A stretch of DNA of 38,688 bases, from positions 53,391-92,078 of the forward strand of contig JBGAQA010000018.1 of NCBI GenBank assembly GCA_044220955.1. The letters are read 5' to 3'. A program made the position numbers and the translations under genes. Shown in pieces: positions 18,804 to 28,176 of this stretch. Each line of letters begins with the position of its first letter. The first letter of the stretch is position 1. The notes under the pieces were generated by a model. The model saw only the letters and a program-made list of their open reading frames with translations, was not told the DNA's origin and did no database searches. The stretch comes from Sandaracinaceae bacterium (GTDB lineage Bacteria; Myxococcota_A; Polyangia; Polyangiales; Sandaracinaceae).

Positions 18804-20260
18804 TCCACGTAGATCGGGTTCGCGTACACCCAGGGCACCTCGTGGATCAGCTCGTCCGCGTACGCGCCGAGGTAGGGGCGCGCGTGCTCGGGCGTGATGC
18901 GCACCTCCGCGCGATAGACGCCGGGCTGCGTGGTCGGGAAGGTCAGCTCGGCGCCCGTGCCGCGAGCGACCTCGACGCCGCCGCCGGCGGCCGCGCGCAC
19001 GATCCGCATCGTCAGCGAGGGCGCTGGATCGCGCGGGAAGTCCGCGGGCAGGGCGGGTCGCACGAGGTGCAGCGTCGCGCCGACGGCGATGGTGTCGCCC
19101 ATCTCGGCGACGCTGCCGTCGCTCGCCTCCGCACGGAAGTCGAAGCCGACGGGCGTGCCGAACACCTCGAACGTCAGGTAGCCGCGGCCGGCGTCGAGCG
19201 CGTCCACGACGCCGTCGCGGTCGGTCGCGTCCACGAGCAGGTGCATCGTGTGCCAGTGCATCATCCGGCGGTAGCCGTCGCCGCGCTCGCCGTCGGGCAT
19301 CAACCCCGGAAACGAGTTCTGATGCGCGTCGCAGCCGCCCGTGCCGGTCAGGTGCATGCCCTCCGCGAGCAGGGTGTCCCAGGTCACGAGGTCGGGCGTG
19401 GCCTCGGAGAGGAACGAGAGCAGCGAGAGGTCGGGTGCCATCCGGCTGCGCGCGTCGGCGAAGCGCCCGAGCATCGGCGCGAAGGCGAAGGGGTCCAAGC
19501 CCAGCCAGTCCGGCCGGATGTGAGGATCGATGTTCGCGTGCGTGTTGTAGATCTCGATGCCGTCCGGCTGCGTCGCGCGGATCTGGTCGAGCGTCTTGCT
19601 CTCGGTGTGCGCGTAGAAGACGAGGGCCCCTGCCGCGCGGAACGCCTCCACCGCCGTCGCGCTCTCCTCGTGGTAGAGGTCCGCGAGCGCCGCCGGGTCG
19701 CTCGAGCCGCCGGGGTGACGCAGCAGGCCGACGGGCATCAGCGCGTTCTCGCTGCCGACGGTCACGAGCACGTGGCGCCCGTCCGGACAGCCCATGCGCG
19801 AGGCGACCACGGCGCCGCTCGCGTCCGTCACCGGCTCGTCGCCCATGGACGGATCGATCCAGAGGGCGTCCTCGAAGGAGACCTCGGAGAGGTGCGTCGC
19901 GTGGTCGGTCAGCATCAGCGCGTCCATGCGCAGCGTGCACGCGGCCGCGCGGAAGTCGGCGAGGCAGCTCGGTACACGCAGCATCCCGCCCTCGAAGCCC
20001 ATCCCGTCGCAGGCGTCGTGCGAGAGGGGCGAGTGCAGGTGGACGATCGTGCGCGCGAGGTGGCGCCCCCGCCGCTCGCCCAGGGTCGTCGTGTCCGGCA
20101 GATCGCGAGGCCAGGCGGGCGCGGGCCCGGCGTCCGCGCGCCCCACGAACGCGTCGTTCCCGGCGTCTGGCGCGCCGCCGTCTCGCAGGGCGCCGGCGCC
20201 GCCATCGCCGCACGCGCTCGCGACGGCGACGAAGAGGGCTGCGCGGGTCGTGAGCCTCAC
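18800..20260 (-). CDS. PHP-fold (CehA/McbA-like) metallohydrolase lipoprotein
   Basis: Lipobox ASAC; HLHSPLSHD, LTDH, YAHT, GIEIYN, GGCDAH; C-terminal YRAEV...W.YANPIYV. Confidence 0.82.
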   Translation of the reverse strand: MRLTTRAALFVAVASACGDGGAGALRDGGAPDAGNDAFVGRADAGPAPAWPRDLPDTTTLGERRGRHLARTIVHLHSPLSHDACDGMGFEGGMLRVPSCLADFRAAACTLRMDALMLTDHATHLSEVSFEDALWIDPSMGDEPVTDASGAVVASRMGCPDGRHVLVTVGSENALMPVGLLRHPGGSSDPAALADLYHEESATAVEAFRAAGALVFYAHTESKTLDQIRATQPDGIEIYNTHANIDPHIRPDWLGLDPFAFAPMLGRFADARSRMAPDLSLLSFLSEATPDLVTWDTLLAEGMHLTGTGGCDAHQNSFPGLMPDGERGDGYRRMMHWHTMHLLVDATDRDGVVDALDAGRGYLTFEVFGTPVGFDFRAEASDGSVAEMGDTIAVGATLHLVRPALPADFPRDPAPSLTMRIVRAAAGGGVEVARGTGAELTFPTTQPGVYRAEVRITPEHARPYLGAYADELIHEVPWVYANPIYVE

Positions 20261-20315
20261 GTGCGCGAGCTTAGCCGAGCGGGCGGAGGGGAGAAACTGA
20301 GCTAGACCCCGCGCC

Positions 20316-20780
20316 GTGCTCCGCCTCGCCCCCGCCCTCGTGCTGCTGCTCGTCGCCTCCGCGTGCTCGTGCGACGACGAGCAGACCCGCAACGAGGCGA
20401 TGCTCTTCATCGACCGCATCGAGGACTTCGACGTGGACGACGACATCGAGGACCGTCGTCGCGTCGTCGACTCGATCCGGGAGCTCGCGCTGACCGATCC
20501 GGACGTCATCGCTGCGCGCGACACCTGCGTCGCGGCATACGGCGCGCTGATCGAGGCCGAGGACCAGCACGCGCTCGCCCGGCACCTGCTGGTCGGCACC
20601 TTCCTGCCGGACGGTGGGGAGCAGGCGATCGCGCCCGAGATGCAGGCCCAGATCGAGGGCGCGCTCGACCACTCGACCGAGGCGCTCGCGCGCTCGCAGG
20701 AGGCCGTGCCGCGCTGCACGCGCGCCGTCGGCGCGCTCGAGCGCCGGTTCCCCCGCCGCCACGCTGCTTCTTCGCGCTGA
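20316..20780 (+). CDS. Hypothetical helical lipoprotein
   Basis: LLLVASAC signal and coding-like composition. Confidence 0.75.
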   Translation: MLRLAPALVLLLVASACSCDDEQTRNEAMLFIDRIEDFDVDDDIEDRRRVVDSIRELALTDPDVIAARDTCVAAYGALIEAEDQHALARHLLVGTFLPDGGEQAIAPEMQAQIEGALDHSTEALARSQEAVPRCTRAVGALERRFPRRHAASSR

Positions 20781-20922
20781 AAGCCCGTCCATCGATCGAC
20801 GACGGCCTCGGGCACGACCAGGCCGGTGCGTCGGGGGGCCGGCTCACGCCCCCCGAAGACTGAGACGAGGATCTCCGCTCCGCCTTGGCATCATCGCTGC
20901 ACGTCGCGATGCGGAGGCCAAG

Positions 20923-21486
20923 ATGAGCGCCACGCACGCCGAACGAACGCGCCCCGACGTCCACGTTCCAGAGCTCGCGGCCCGGCGGCCGTCGCGCTCG
21001 GGCCCGACCGCTGGGGACGAGGGCGCCCTGCGGCGGGGCCTCGGGTCCCCGGAACCGGCCGGGGTCGGCAGTCCGCGGCGCTCGTTTCTGCCCCCGCCGA
21101 AGGCTCGCGGTGCGCGGCCGCTCCAGACGGGGGGCCAGCCTCCCACCGTCATCCGTAACCTCGACGCGCTCTTCGCGGCCGACCACCGACGCCGGTCCGC
21201 GCCGCCGCCCGCGCCGGAGCGCGCCGACGCGTCGGGCGTGCAGCCGCTCGATCCCGCGCGCTTCGCCCAGGCGTTGCTCGACAAGGTACAGAGCGACTTC
21301 GCGCTCCCGACCCCCTCCGCTGCGCTCGCGTCGCCCGCGGCCCACGCCGTCCGCGTCGTCCCCTCGGCCGCAGCGTCGATGCGCGACGAGGTCACCGCGC
21401 AGCTCGCGCTCGATCCCGACGATCCGGATCTGGTGGGCCTCGTGCCCTGGTATCGCCGTCTCTTCGGGCGCCTCTTCGGCGGTTGA
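20923..21486 (+). CDS. Hypothetical Pro/Ala-rich protein with C-terminal amphipathic helix
   Basis: GGAGG before ATG 20923; ends PWYRRLFGRLFGG. Confidence 0.6.
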   Translation: MSATHAERTRPDVHVPELAARRPSRSGPTAGDEGALRRGLGSPEPAGVGSPRRSFLPPPKARGARPLQTGGQPPTVIRNLDALFAADHRRRSAPPPAPERADASGVQPLDPARFAQALLDKVQSDFALPTPSAALASPAAHAVRVVPSAAASMRDEVTAQLALDPDDPDLVGLVPWYRRLFGRLFGG

Positions 21487-21534
21487 GGGCGACGGGGTGG
21501 GACGCCCGCGTCGCCGACGCGGTACAACACGCCG

Positions 21535-21882
21535 ATGGAGGCGCTCGGCACGCTCCTCGAGATCGTCGGGGTGCTGGTGGACGTCGCGGGCGGGATCGCC
21601 CTCGCGGTGACCGGGCTCGCCGTGGTCCGCCGCCTCTCGAGCCGCGGTGGCGTGCTCGTCGCGATCGCGGGCCTCACGACGATCCTCAACGACCTCTGCC
21701 TCGAGGGCTTCGCGCGCTTCCGCTCGGCGATGCCGGACGCGCTCACGCCGGACACGGCGCGCCTCACGAGCCTCGTGCTCTCGCTCGCGCTCACGCTCCC
21801 GTACTACCTGCTGCTGCTCGCGGCGGCCGTCGCGATCGGGGCCGATCTCGCGCGCCAGTCCGGGCCGGTGCCCCGTGTCTGA
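21535..21882 (+). CDS. Small 3-TM membrane protein
   Basis: 115 aa with three hydrophobic helices. Confidence 0.7.
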   Translation: MEALGTLLEIVGVLVDVAGGIALAVTGLAVVRRLSSRGGVLVAIAGLTTILNDLCLEGFARFRSAMPDALTPDTARLTSLVLSLALTLPYYLLLLAAAVAIGADLARQSGPVPRV

Positions 21883-22237
21883 TCTCGTGGTCTACGCGCA
21901 GCTCGGGGGCACCGGGCTCAAGGTCGTCGCGCTGATCGCCGTGACGATCGCCGGCTTCGTGTCGTGGGGTCGTACGCGGCCCGCCGCTGCATACCTGCTG
22001 GGCGCGGCGTGCGGGCTCGAGGCGAGCACTCTCTGCTGCTGGCGCGCATACGGGTTCTGGCTGCGCAGCGCGACGCTGGAGGGCGATGCGTTCCAGGTCG
22101 TCGACGTGGCGATGAGCTTGCTGAACATCGGCGAGGTGATCGTGTACTTCGGGCTGCTCTGCGGCGCCTTCTGGCTCGTCGCACAGCGGCCCTCGTCGGC
22201 CGTCGATCCGGGCTCCGGCCGAGGGTCGACGACGTAG
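21875..22237 (+). CDS. Small 3-TM membrane protein
   Basis: GTG 21875 overlaps the previous stop; three hydrophobic helices. Confidence 0.65.
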   Translation: MSDLVVYAQLGGTGLKVVALIAVTIAGFVSWGRTRPAAAYLLGAACGLEASTLCCWRAYGFWLRSATLEGDAFQVVDVAMSLLNIGEVIVYFGLLCGAFWLVAQRPSSAVDPGSGRGSTT

Positions 22238-22247
22238 GGGTGGATCT

Positions 22248-23585
22248 TCAGAATTCGTCGGCCGAGATGTGCGGGTGGTGGTGGTGACGAGGCGTCGCGG
22301 TGTCGGGCGGGGGCGCGGGCGCGGTGTCGGGCGGGGGCACGGGCGGGGGGGCGGGCCGGGGCGGCGGCTCCAGGCCCATCGGCAGCGTTCCGGCGTCCGG
22401 GGCGAGCCTGGCCGCGTCCGGCGGCGCCGCGATCGGGACAGCGCCCGTCGAGACCGGGGGCGCGCTCGGCGGCGGCGCGAGCGCGTGCAGCGCCGCGAGC
22501 GTCGCGGTGGCCGCGACGCCCGCGAGGACCACGCCGCCGAGGACGATCGGCGCGAGCCGCGTCGGGGCGGGCTCGAGCCCCGGCTCGGGCTCGGGCTCGA
22601 CGCGCGTGGGCGGCGACCCGCGCGCCGGGGCGGCCACCGCCGCACGCGCCTCCTGCTCGCTGACCGCCGGCATCGCGCGCTCGGTCCCCGCGGACTCGGC
22701 GAGCGCCCGCTCGAGCACCTCGTCGAAGCGCGCCCCCGGGATCGGCTCGAGCAGCTTCGCGAGCGCGAGCGCATCGTGCGGGCGGCGCGCCGGATCTCGC
22801 GACATCGCCAGCTCGATGGCGCGCGTGAGCGCGGGCGGCAGCTCGGAGCGCAGCGCCCCGAGCGGCACGTGCTCGGTCGTCATCAGCGCGACGAGCACCG
22901 CCGCGTAGCTCTCGCCCTCGTAGGGCAGGCGGCCCGTCAGCAGCTCGTAGCCCAGGACCCCGAGCTGATACACGTCGATCCGCGTGCTCGAGCCGTCGAT
23001 GCCGGCTGCCTGCTCGGGCGCGAGGTAGTGCGCGGTGCCGAAGCGCTGCCCCGTGAGCGTGAGCGACTCGGCCTCGCTCAGCTTGCTGATCCCGAAGTCG
23101 AGCACCTTCACGCCCCGGGGGCGGCCACGCTCGTCGAGGCGGACGAACACGTTCTCGGGCTTGATGTCGCGATGGACGACGCCGGCGCGATGGGCGGCGT
23201 GCAGCGCTCCCGTCACCGCGCAGAGGATCGAGACGACCTCGGCGACCGGGAGCAGACCGACGCGCGCGATCCGCTCGCGCAGGTTCTCGCCGGTGAGCAT
23301 CTCCATCACGAGGTAGAAGCCCTCGCCCGATCGACCGACGTCGAGCACGGACACCACGCTCGGGTGCTCGATGCGCGCCGCGGCCTGCGCCTCGCGGAGG
23401 AAGCGCGCGACCACGTGCTCCGAGCGCGCCACCACGGGCAGCAGCCACTTGATGGCGACCTCGCGCCGGGCGAGCAGCTGGGTGGCGGCGAGCACCACGG
23501 CCATGCCGCCGCGGCCGATCTCGCGCTCGATGCGGTACTTGCCGTCGACGATGTCGCCCGGGGCTGGGATTCCGGTCGTGCTCAA
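22248..23585 (-). CDS. Membrane-anchored Ser/Thr protein kinase
   Basis: GRGGMAVV, VAIK, HRDIKPEN, DFG, GTAHYLAPE; TM helix; Pro-rich tail with HHHHPH. Start is TTG 23585 (TACAAT upstream) or GTG 23630. Confidence 0.9.
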   Translation of the reverse strand: MSTTGIPAPGDIVDGKYRIEREIGRGGMAVVLAATQLLARREVAIKWLLPVVARSEHVVARFLREAQAAARIEHPSVVSVLDVGRSGEGFYLVMEMLTGENLRERIARVGLLPVAEVVSILCAVTGALHAAHRAGVVHRDIKPENVFVRLDERGRPRGVKVLDFGISKLSEAESLTLTGQRFGTAHYLAPEQAAGIDGSSTRIDVYQLGVLGYELLTGRLPYEGESYAAVLVALMTTEHVPLGALRSELPPALTRAIELAMSRDPARRPHDALALAKLLEPIPGARFDEVLERALAESAGTERAMPAVSEQEARAAVAAPARGSPPTRVEPEPEPGLEPAPTRLAPIVLGGVVLAGVAATATLAALHALAPPPSAPPVSTGAVPIAAPPDAARLAPDAGTLPMGLEPPPRPAPPPVPPPDTAPAPPPDTATPRHHHHPHISADEF

Positions 23586-23604
23586 GCGCCCGCGATTGTA
23601 CGCG

Positions 23605-24123
23605 TCAGAAGCAGGTTCCGCGTGGGTCACCTGCGGCGATGGCGATGCACTGGTGCATCGCGTCGCAGCCGGACGCGTCCACGCAGGGAGGCTCGCAGAA
23701 GTAGCTCGAGACGCCGGGGTGCGAGCTGCACATGAGCCCGAGCGCGCACTCCGCGACGTAGGTGCAGCGCGCGTCGGCGCCCAGCACTCCGATCGGCACG
23801 CAGAGCCCCGCGTCCGCGGGCGTCCAGATGCAGTTGCGGTCCGCCGGGCAGCCGCCGCCGAACACGTCGCAGGGGACGTGGCAGAGCTCGCTGGTGAGGC
23901 CGCGCGAGCACACGAGGCCTCCCTCGCACGTGTGATCGGCGCAGCAGAAGTCGAACTCGGTGTCGCAGCGCTCGCAGACGCCGGCGTGACAGCTCAGCGT
24001 CGGAGCGCACGCGTCGGCGGCGCTCGCGCAGCAGGGCTCTCCGCGCGCGCCGCAGTAGGGATTGGCGCATCCCGCGCCGCAGAGCGACGCGACGAAGAGC
24101 GCCTGCCACGCGCGCGCCCTCAC
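23605..24123 (-). CDS. Cys-rich lipoprotein
   Basis: GTG 24123 overlaps the upstream TGA; LCGAGC lipobox; CGxxGEPCC-type repeats. Confidence 0.78.
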   Translation of the reverse strand: MRARAWQALFVASLCGAGCANPYCGARGEPCCASAADACAPTLSCHAGVCERCDTEFDFCCADHTCEGGLVCSRGLTSELCHVPCDVFGGGCPADRNCIWTPADAGLCVPIGVLGADARCTYVAECALGLMCSSHPGVSSYFCEPPCVDASGCDAMHQCIAIAAGDPRGTCF

Positions 24124-25352
24124 AGCGGCGCTCCACCGGCGACGAGGCCGAGCTCGATGGCCGGATAGCCGGTGGCGACCGCGTGGACCTCGGCGCCCAC
24201 GAACAAGCGATCGTCGGCGAAGGCCAGGCGCGCGCTCGCGGTCACGCTCACGCCGAAGGCGTTGGTGCTGGTGTTCACGCGCTGGAGCGTCGCGACGTCG
24301 ATCGTGGTCTCGTCGCGGAACACGAGCGCGGGACCGAGGGAGGCGGCGACGACGAGCGGCGTCCCGCTCGGCACGTAGTGGAGCACGGCGTGCAGGTCGC
24401 CCTCGAACCACCCTCGCGTGTGCGAGCTGTGCGCGAGCATGCTCGTGAAGCTCGACGTGTCGGCCTCGGTGAGGAACGCGTACTCGAGCGTGACGCCGCC
24501 GCCGAGCCAGAGGCCCGGCTCGAGGCGTGTGATCAGGGTGCCCGTGAGCGCCGTCCCGAGGCAGCCCGACATCGGGAGGAAAGCCGACCCCGCGCCGCTG
24601 TTGCGCGAGCCTCCCCGGACCGAGAGCGCGAGCTCGAGCGCGAGCGTCCGCTCGGGCGGCGCCGGGGCCTCGGTCGCGTGATCGTCCTCCACGACGTCGA
24701 GGTGCGAGGTGCTCGCGCTCCCGACCGTGGCGTCCGTGACGATGGGCGTCCCGAGCTCGCGGGCATCCGTCGTGGTCGTCGTGCCCGTCGTCGTCGTGAC
24801 CGCCGCCGTCCCGAGGTCCGGGAGCGACTCCGTGGCGCCCCCGGTGACCTGCAGCGTGAGCGACTCCTCGCGCCCGTCCGCGAAGCGGATCGTCACCACG
24901 CGCTCCCCGTCCGCGAGCGCGAGCGCGCCGTCGGGCTCCGGCTCGATCGTCCCGTCGCCGATCTGCATCGTCGCGCCCGCGGGAAGTCCCGTGTAGAGCC
25001 CGACGTGCAGCCGCGCGCGCTCGCGCATCTGCTCGACCTGCGTCCGCAGCGCGGGTGTCAGCGGGTTCGTGCCGCCCTGCATCGCGAGAGCCGCCGAGAG
25101 CTCGTGGTACGCGGCGGCGAAGTCGCCGATCTCGAGCGCACAGAGGCCGATGCCCCGCAGCGTCCGCGGGCTCGGCAGGAGGGCGTGCGCCTCGGTGAAG
25201 AGGCGGCGAGCCTCGACGTATCGCTCGTGCTCGAACGCGTCGACGGCCTGCGCGATGACGGCGTCGTACGCCTCCGACTGCGCCGCGCCGCGCGTCGCGC
25301 CCAGCGTGATCGCCAGCGCGAGCCCAGCTGCGATCGCCACGGATCCCCGCAC
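24120..25352 (-). CDS. Secreted TPR protein with PEGA-like domain and probable C-terminal beta-barrel
   Basis: Signal peptide; TPR (EARRLFTEAH..TLRGIGLC); Thr-rich linker; C-terminal alternating hydrophobic strands. Confidence 0.78.
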   Translation of the reverse strand: MRGSVAIAAGLALAITLGATRGAAQSEAYDAVIAQAVDAFEHERYVEARRLFTEAHALLPSPRTLRGIGLCALEIGDFAAAYHELSAALAMQGGTNPLTPALRTQVEQMRERARLHVGLYTGLPAGATMQIGDGTIEPEPDGALALADGERVVTIRFADGREESLTLQVTGGATESLPDLGTAAVTTTTGTTTTTDARELGTPIVTDATVGSASTSHLDVVEDDHATEAPAPPERTLALELALSVRGGSRNSGAGSAFLPMSGCLGTALTGTLITRLEPGLWLGGGVTLEYAFLTEADTSSFTSMLAHSSHTRGWFEGDLHAVLHYVPSGTPLVVAASLGPALVFRDETTIDVATLQRVNTSTNAFGVSVTASARLAFADDRLFVGAEVHAVATGYPAIELGLVAGGAPL

Positions 25353-25421
25353 GCGCCCGAGCCTAGCACCGGACGTGGCACCATCGCCCCAGACGAGCGC
25401 GGGGGCGTCGCGAACACCGAC

Positions 25422-27434
25422 TCAGCCGTCTTCCTCGGCCAGCACGACGAGTCGGTCGCCCGGCTTGGGCACGATCGGAGCGCTGCGCGTCGTCGGGTTC
25501 AGTACGAGGCCGTAGTTCTTCTTCGGATCCTCGACGTAGATCTGCATCCCCATCGCGAGCTCTCCGCGCGCCTTCGCCGCGAGCGTCAGGTACTCGAACG
25601 TCGTCGCCTGACCCTCGGGCACGTAGAACGACATCGGCTTGACGTAGATCTCCGACCCTTCGCTCCGGAGCAGATCCTCGAGCACCGCCTGCACGCGCGG
25701 CTCGTACGTGACCTGCGCGAGCACCATCGACACCATCTCGTTCGAGATCACGATGTCGTTGATCTGGGTCGTCGCGGCCAGCTCGCGGTTCTTGGGGTCG
25801 AGGATCTCGCTGCACACACGCTGCACGGTGGTCGACTGCGCGCGGCGCCGCGCGTCGCGGAGCAAGAGCAGCGCGATGATCGCCCGCGTGTCGGCGTCCT
25901 CCGCACTCTTGCCGTCGATCGCGTCACCGAGCACCATCACGAGCGGGTAGCGCTCCGGCTGCAGGTTCTCCATGAGCGCGCGGCTGGTGAACTGGCCCTC
26001 GATGTGGCGGATCTCCAGCGTGCCGAGCTCGCCGCAGGCCTCCTTGATGCGTGCGTCGCGCTCGCTGCCCGGCATGCTGTTGACGAGCGTGAGCGTGGAG
26101 CCGGGCGCGACGTAGTCGTCGAACTCCTTCACGATCGGGAAGATCTTCGGGTTCCAGCCGAGCACCAGCATGTGCTCGACCTTCTTGGTCGCGTTGGACT
26201 CGATCGGCGCGATCTGGCTCGCGGCGAGCGGACCGCGGTAGGGCGCGAACGCCACGTTCGAGTCCTCCGCGAGGATCAGGAGCTCCTCGTCGGCCCCGAT
26301 CACGTGATCCCCCGGCGGGTTCAGCACGTGCCCGGAGCCGTCGCGCTTGGCGACGCCGACCACCAGGCCGTTCGGGAAGTCGAGCAGCACGTCGCCGAAG
26401 CGCCGTCCGACCTGCTGCGGAAAGGTCTTGAAGTGGATCTCGTTGCCCTCGAAGCGCAGGAGCTCGTCGTAGACGAGCGAGAGGCCGCTGATGCGCGCGG
26501 TCTGCAGGATGACCTTCGAGATCATCTCGTTGGTCTTCACGACCTTCGCGTGCCCGCTCGACGCGATGACGGCGAGCTCCTGGTTGTGCGACTGCATGAC
26601 CTCGGCCGTCACGCGGAGCGAGTGCTCCTTACCGCGCGCCAGCTCGTGGTTGAAGATCGCCATCAGCGTCTTCATGACGCGCGCGTCGGCGCGATCGGGA
26701 TCCTCGACGTCGCCCTCGTCGACCAGGACCACGATCGCGCGCGCGAACGAGAAGCTCACCTTCTCGAGGTCGTGCAGCGAGACGCTGGACCCCGAGCGCA
26801 CGACGACCTTGACGCGGTCGAGGCGCTGGACGCCGTCGGCGAGCTTCTCCTCCATCGCGACCTTGTCGCGCTCGGACATCACGACGACGGTGATGTGTCC
26901 GAGCGCGGTGTAGGCCTCGGCCAGCTGGTCGATGACCGAGTAGATCTTCTCGCTCCAGCCGAGGACGAGAAAGTGGCCCTCCTCCATCACGGGCGCGCCG
27001 CCGCGGCGGATCGACTCGAGGCGCTCCTGGAAGTTGCCGGCGAGCGCCGAGATCAAGAGGCCCGCCACGACGACGCCGAGGATCGACACGAGGGTCGAGA
27101 CGCTGCGGTTCACGATCCCCTCGTCTCCGACGAAGGTGCCCGCGTCGATCACGCGGCCGAAGTAGAACCACGCGGTCTCGTAGAGCCGGTTCAGGAGGTT
27201 GCCGGGCTCGCCGGCGCCGAGCCCGAGGACCACGCCGACGAGGGTGAAGAGCCCGATGATCCCGAAGGTCAGGAAGGCGAGGAAGGCCAGCTGCTTGCCG
27301 GCGCCGCCACCGATGAACTCGTCGATCCGGTAGCGGAGCTTCGCGCGGAGTCCTCGCTCGATGGCCATCGTCTGTTCCGTCCCCTCGTCGAAAGAGAGCG
27401 GATCGAAACCGAAAAGCCTCCGTTTGTCGACCAT
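25422..27434 (-). CDS. CASTOR/POLLUX/DMI1-like cation channel with tandem RCK domains
   Basis: TM-pore-TM (VIDAGTFVGD); RRGGAPVMEEGHFLVLGWS; VVRSGS; GLSLVYDELLRFEGNEIHF; LVLGWN; EDLLRSEGSEIYVKP; GDRLVVLAE. Alternative start 27368. Confidence 0.88.
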   Translation of the reverse strand: MVDKRRLFGFDPLSFDEGTEQTMAIERGLRAKLRYRIDEFIGGGAGKQLAFLAFLTFGIIGLFTLVGVVLGLGAGEPGNLLNRLYETAWFYFGRVIDAGTFVGDEGIVNRSVSTLVSILGVVVAGLLISALAGNFQERLESIRRGGAPVMEEGHFLVLGWSEKIYSVIDQLAEAYTALGHITVVVMSERDKVAMEEKLADGVQRLDRVKVVVRSGSSVSLHDLEKVSFSFARAIVVLVDEGDVEDPDRADARVMKTLMAIFNHELARGKEHSLRVTAEVMQSHNQELAVIASSGHAKVVKTNEMISKVILQTARISGLSLVYDELLRFEGNEIHFKTFPQQVGRRFGDVLLDFPNGLVVGVAKRDGSGHVLNPPGDHVIGADEELLILAEDSNVAFAPYRGPLAASQIAPIESNATKKVEHMLVLGWNPKIFPIVKEFDDYVAPGSTLTLVNSMPGSERDARIKEACGELGTLEIRHIEGQFTSRALMENLQPERYPLVMVLGDAIDGKSAEDADTRAIIALLLLRDARRRAQSTTVQRVCSEILDPKNRELAATTQINDIVISNEMVSMVLAQVTYEPRVQAVLEDLLRSEGSEIYVKPMSFYVPEGQATTFEYLTLAAKARGELAMGMQIYVEDPKKNYGLVLNPTTRSAPIVPKPGDRLVVLAEEDG

Positions 27435-27518
27435 GGTCTTCGCCGCGAGGCTCGGGCGTCCACGGCGGGCTGCCGGCGCTCCGAGTGAACCGATCGCTCG
27501 TTCGACGTAGAGTGCGGC

Positions 27519-28151
27519 GTGCTCAGGCCGACGCTCTTGCTGCTCCGTGCTCGGGAGCTACGTCCGCAGTCGGGCGATCCTGCGGCCGCGGAGATCCCGG
27601 GCGCGCCCGCGCTCGCCGACCTCGCCGCGCGCGCGTGGTACTGGCCGGAGGCTGGCGAGGCGATCGCGCGGGTCCGCTCGGCCGTGCGCGTCGTCGGCGT
27701 GCCCGCGCCGTCGTCGCTCGACGCTGCGCTCGTCGCCACGAAGGAGGCCGCCGCACGCATCGACGACGACGTGGTCGCCGTCGTCTGGGAGCCGACCGGG
27801 CTGCTGCACGACCCGAGGATCTTCGTCGACCAGGCCGCCGACGCGAGCAAGGATGACCCGCCGCTCTACCTCTGGGTGCGCTTCGAAGGGACGAAGGGCG
27901 CGGACGGAACGCTCGGCATGCGCACGACGGGCCTGGCGGCTCTGGGCGCGATGGAGATCGAGGTGGAGGGCAGCGCGCGGGACGGAGAGCACGTGCTCGA
28001 GTGCGTCACCGACGTGGCGCTCTTCGTCCTCACGAGCGCGGTCCTCCCCGAGGATGGCGAGACGATCGAGGTCACGCGTGGGTCGCTGCGCGTGCGGCGC
28101 ATGCCGTCCCTTCGCGGTGACGGCTCGACCGCGCTGCGCGTCCGGGTGTGA
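27519..28151 (+). CDS. Hypothetical protein, DUF4261-like C-terminus
   Basis: PLYLWVRF...TTGLAALGAMEIE...YV/FV-L...EDGETI pattern. Confidence 0.65.
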   Translation: MLRPTLLLLRARELRPQSGDPAAAEIPGAPALADLAARAWYWPEAGEAIARVRSAVRVVGVPAPSSLDAALVATKEAAARIDDDVVAVVWEPTGLLHDPRIFVDQAADASKDDPPLYLWVRFEGTKGADGTLGMRTTGLAALGAMEIEVEGSARDGEHVLECVTDVALFVLTSAVLPEDGETIEVTRGSLRVRRMPSLRGDGSTALRVRV

Positions 28152-28176
28152 TCCGTCGGAGCGACCGGCGCCTCGA

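Noticed and set aside
23605..24123. Cys-rich small proteins as RiPP precursors
   Set aside because: They have lipoprotein signals, and the window has no radical SAM, YcaO, lanthipeptide or transporter genes.
15802..27488. Very long opposite-strand ORFs (e.g. 15802..18540, 24183..27488; also 33387..36203)
   Set aside because: Antisense shadows of well-supported genes, expected at this GC content, with no recognisable motifs.
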